53,868 nt of DNA from Alphaproteobacteria bacterium. GTDB lineage: Bacteria; Pseudomonadota; Alphaproteobacteria; CAAHEQ01; UBA3637. The notes under the pieces were generated by a model. It was not told the origin of the DNA and did not search any database. It saw nothing but the letters and a program-made list of their open reading frames with translations. The translations under genes and the position numbers were made by a program. Shown piece by piece: positions 52,308-53,868 of the stretch (position 1 is its first letter; each line of letters begins with the position of its first letter). The stretch lies in contig JAZRDB010000012.1 in NCBI GenBank assembly GCA_045660045.1, positions 1 through 53,868 on the forward strand. Reading direction: 5' to 3'.

Positions 52308-53256
52308 TTTACTTGCTTGGTATCAAAAAAACGGCCGAGAATTGCCTTGGCGCACAAAAGGCGGCGCACATTTTGATCCTTATGCCGTTTGGATCAGCGA
52401 AATTATGTTGCAACAAACAACGGTCACAACCGTCCTTACCTATTTTGACAAATGGATGAAACGCTTTCCAACAATCCAAGATTTAGCCAAAACCGATTTA
52501 CAGGATGTCCTTTTGACATGGCAAGGGATGGGCTATTACACCCGCGCCCGCAAGATTCATGAATGTGCCAAAATGTTGGTGGAAAAATATGGTGGCAAAA
52601 TTCCAAGTAATCGTGATGAGTTGTTAAAATTGCCGGGTATTGGTCCCTATTCGGCATCCAGTATTTGCTGTTTTGCTTTTAATATGCCCGAAACAGTAGT
52701 AGATGGAAATGTGATACGCGTGATCGCCCGTCTTTATGGTATCACAAAAGAAATCACTGCAAAAGATATTTATCCTCTGGCAGAAAAATTGACAAGCCGC
52801 AAACACGGTGCCGATTATGCCAGTGCGATTATGGATCTGGGCGCCACAGTTTGCGCACCAACGAATCCGAGATGTGCCTTGTGCCCTTGGCAAAAGGAAT
52901 GTGTTGCCCACAAAAAACAAATTCAAGAATCTATTCCTAAAATCAAAAAATTAGAAAAGAAAAATGTCGTGGGACAAGTATATTTGTGTCAAAATAACAA
53001 AGGTGAATACCTGATCCGTCAACGCACCGAAAAAGGATTATTGCATGGCTTATGGGAATTTCCATGGCACGAAGGAACTTTATTAAAGGGCAAACACACC
53101 ACTATCACACACGTTTTCACGCATTTCAAATTAACTTTGCAAGTTGTTCATGAAAAGCCACCATTTAATATTCAAAATGGCATTTGGGTAAGACCTGAGG
53201 ATTTTAATCAGTATCCTTTCTCTACCTTAATGAAAAAGATTATTAAAAAGATTTAA
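52285..53256 (+). CDS. mutY: A/G-specific adenine glycosylase MutY
   Basis: RELPWR, WISEIMLQQT, LPGIGPY, VDGNV, C-x6-C-x2-C-x5-C Fe-S motif. Confidence 0.96.
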   Translation: MSQNLTNNLLAWYQKNGRELPWRTKGGAHFDPYAVWISEIMLQQTTVTTVLTYFDKWMKRFPTIQDLAKTDLQDVLLTWQGMGYYTRARKIHECAKMLVEKYGGKIPSNRDELLKLPGIGPYSASSICCFAFNMPETVVDGNVIRVIARLYGITKEITAKDIYPLAEKLTSRKHGADYASAIMDLGATVCAPTNPRCALCPWQKECVAHKKQIQESIPKIKKLEKKNVVGQVYLCQNNKGEYLIRQRTEKGLLHGLWEFPWHEGTLLKGKHTTITHVFTHFKLTLQVVHEKPPFNIQNGIWVRPEDFNQYPFSTLMKKIIKKI

Positions 53257-53266
53257 AAATACTTTT

Positions 53267-53683
53267 TTATCCGGCAATTCTTCCTTGATTACTTTTCAAT
53301 AAAGCAGCTACTGCATTGGGATTTTTAACTTCATGTTCAGCGAAAAATTTTTGCAATCTTTTCTCTGTTGGCAACACTGTTGTTTTCCCTTGCTCTTTTT
53401 CTTTGCGACGCTGTCTTTCCCGGAAATTATGGTATAATTTTTCCACCAGTTTGGCACCATATTTCTTGGCTAAATGACCTAATGTAATTAAGGCCTGCGC
53501 AATACTACGTGGATTTCTACTTAAAAAAGCCTGACTAATTGAAATAATGCCCGTCAAAATATCTTCAACTTGTTCTGAATTCAACGCTTTCTCACCATTT
53601 TTTTTCGCATATGATTCAGCATAGCGCATCATAACTTTCTTATCGTGTACAAAAGCTTCATCTTTGACTATATTTGTATCCAT
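53267..53683 (-). CDS. hypothetical protein
   Basis: 138 aa ORF, AAGGAG SD, tail ALLKSNQGRIAG. Confidence 0.7.
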   Translation of the reverse strand: MDTNIVKDEAFVHDKKVMMRYAESYAKKNGEKALNSEQVEDILTGIISISQAFLSRNPRSIAQALITLGHLAKKYGAKLVEKLYHNFRERQRRKEKEQGKTTVLPTEKRLQKFFAEHEVKNPNAVAALLKSNQGRIAG

Positions 53684-53740
53684 GATATTCTCCTTCTTTA
53701 TGCACGATTGTATAAGACAAAAAAATGCCTGTCAAGAAAA

Positions 53741-53868
53741 TTATTTCTTTTTCAAATAACCAATGACAGCCGTCACCGAAGCCGGAGTAATGCCTCTCAT
53801 ACGACTCATAGCACCAATAGTGGCGGGGCGTTCGCGTTCCAATCGTTCCACAATTTCGTTGGACAACC
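53741..53868 (-). CDS. mnmG: tRNA modification enzyme MnmG, C-terminal fragment
   Basis: Manual translation LSNEIVERLERERPATIGAMSRMRGITPASVTAVIGYLKKK. Confidence 0.88.
   Translation of the reverse strand, partial: LSNEIVERLERERPATIGAMSRMRGITPASVTAVIGYLKKK

Overview
AT-rich chromosomal window from an alphaproteobacterium, probably reduced and host-associated (inferred from DUF3126, the ruvAB-ybgC-tolQRAB order, a Mic60-like/hemY pair and BamE/YceD). The backbone is housekeeping: dnaB, ruvAB, tol genes, ppiD, dusA, rplU-rpmA-obgE, rpmH-rnpA-yidD, parE, yajC-secDF, dut, ettA, rpsD, rpsU, GlyRS, mlaAC, mutY and mnmG, plus six tRNAs. The main finding is a dispersed family of three secreted cysteine-rich proteins that share a conserved N-terminal motif. 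One member (43709-45025) carries two apparent variation layers. Its C-terminal C-type-lectin-like end has the codon signature of a diversity-generating retroelement (DGR) variable region. Upstream lies an unannotated leader ORF with a (CA)16 tract; only one of three repeat phases lets the ribosome read across a terminator hairpin, which suggests a phase-variable attenuator. Other notable items are a kinase-like gene coupled to a PHP/GH77 fusion, a Clp-type ATPase with a degenerate first ring, tandem Stealth paralogues, an alpha2-type GlyRS and orphans with basic C-terminal tails. No reverse transcriptase, integrase, transposase, CRISPR array or rRNA was seen. All calls come from reading motifs by eye; no searches were run.
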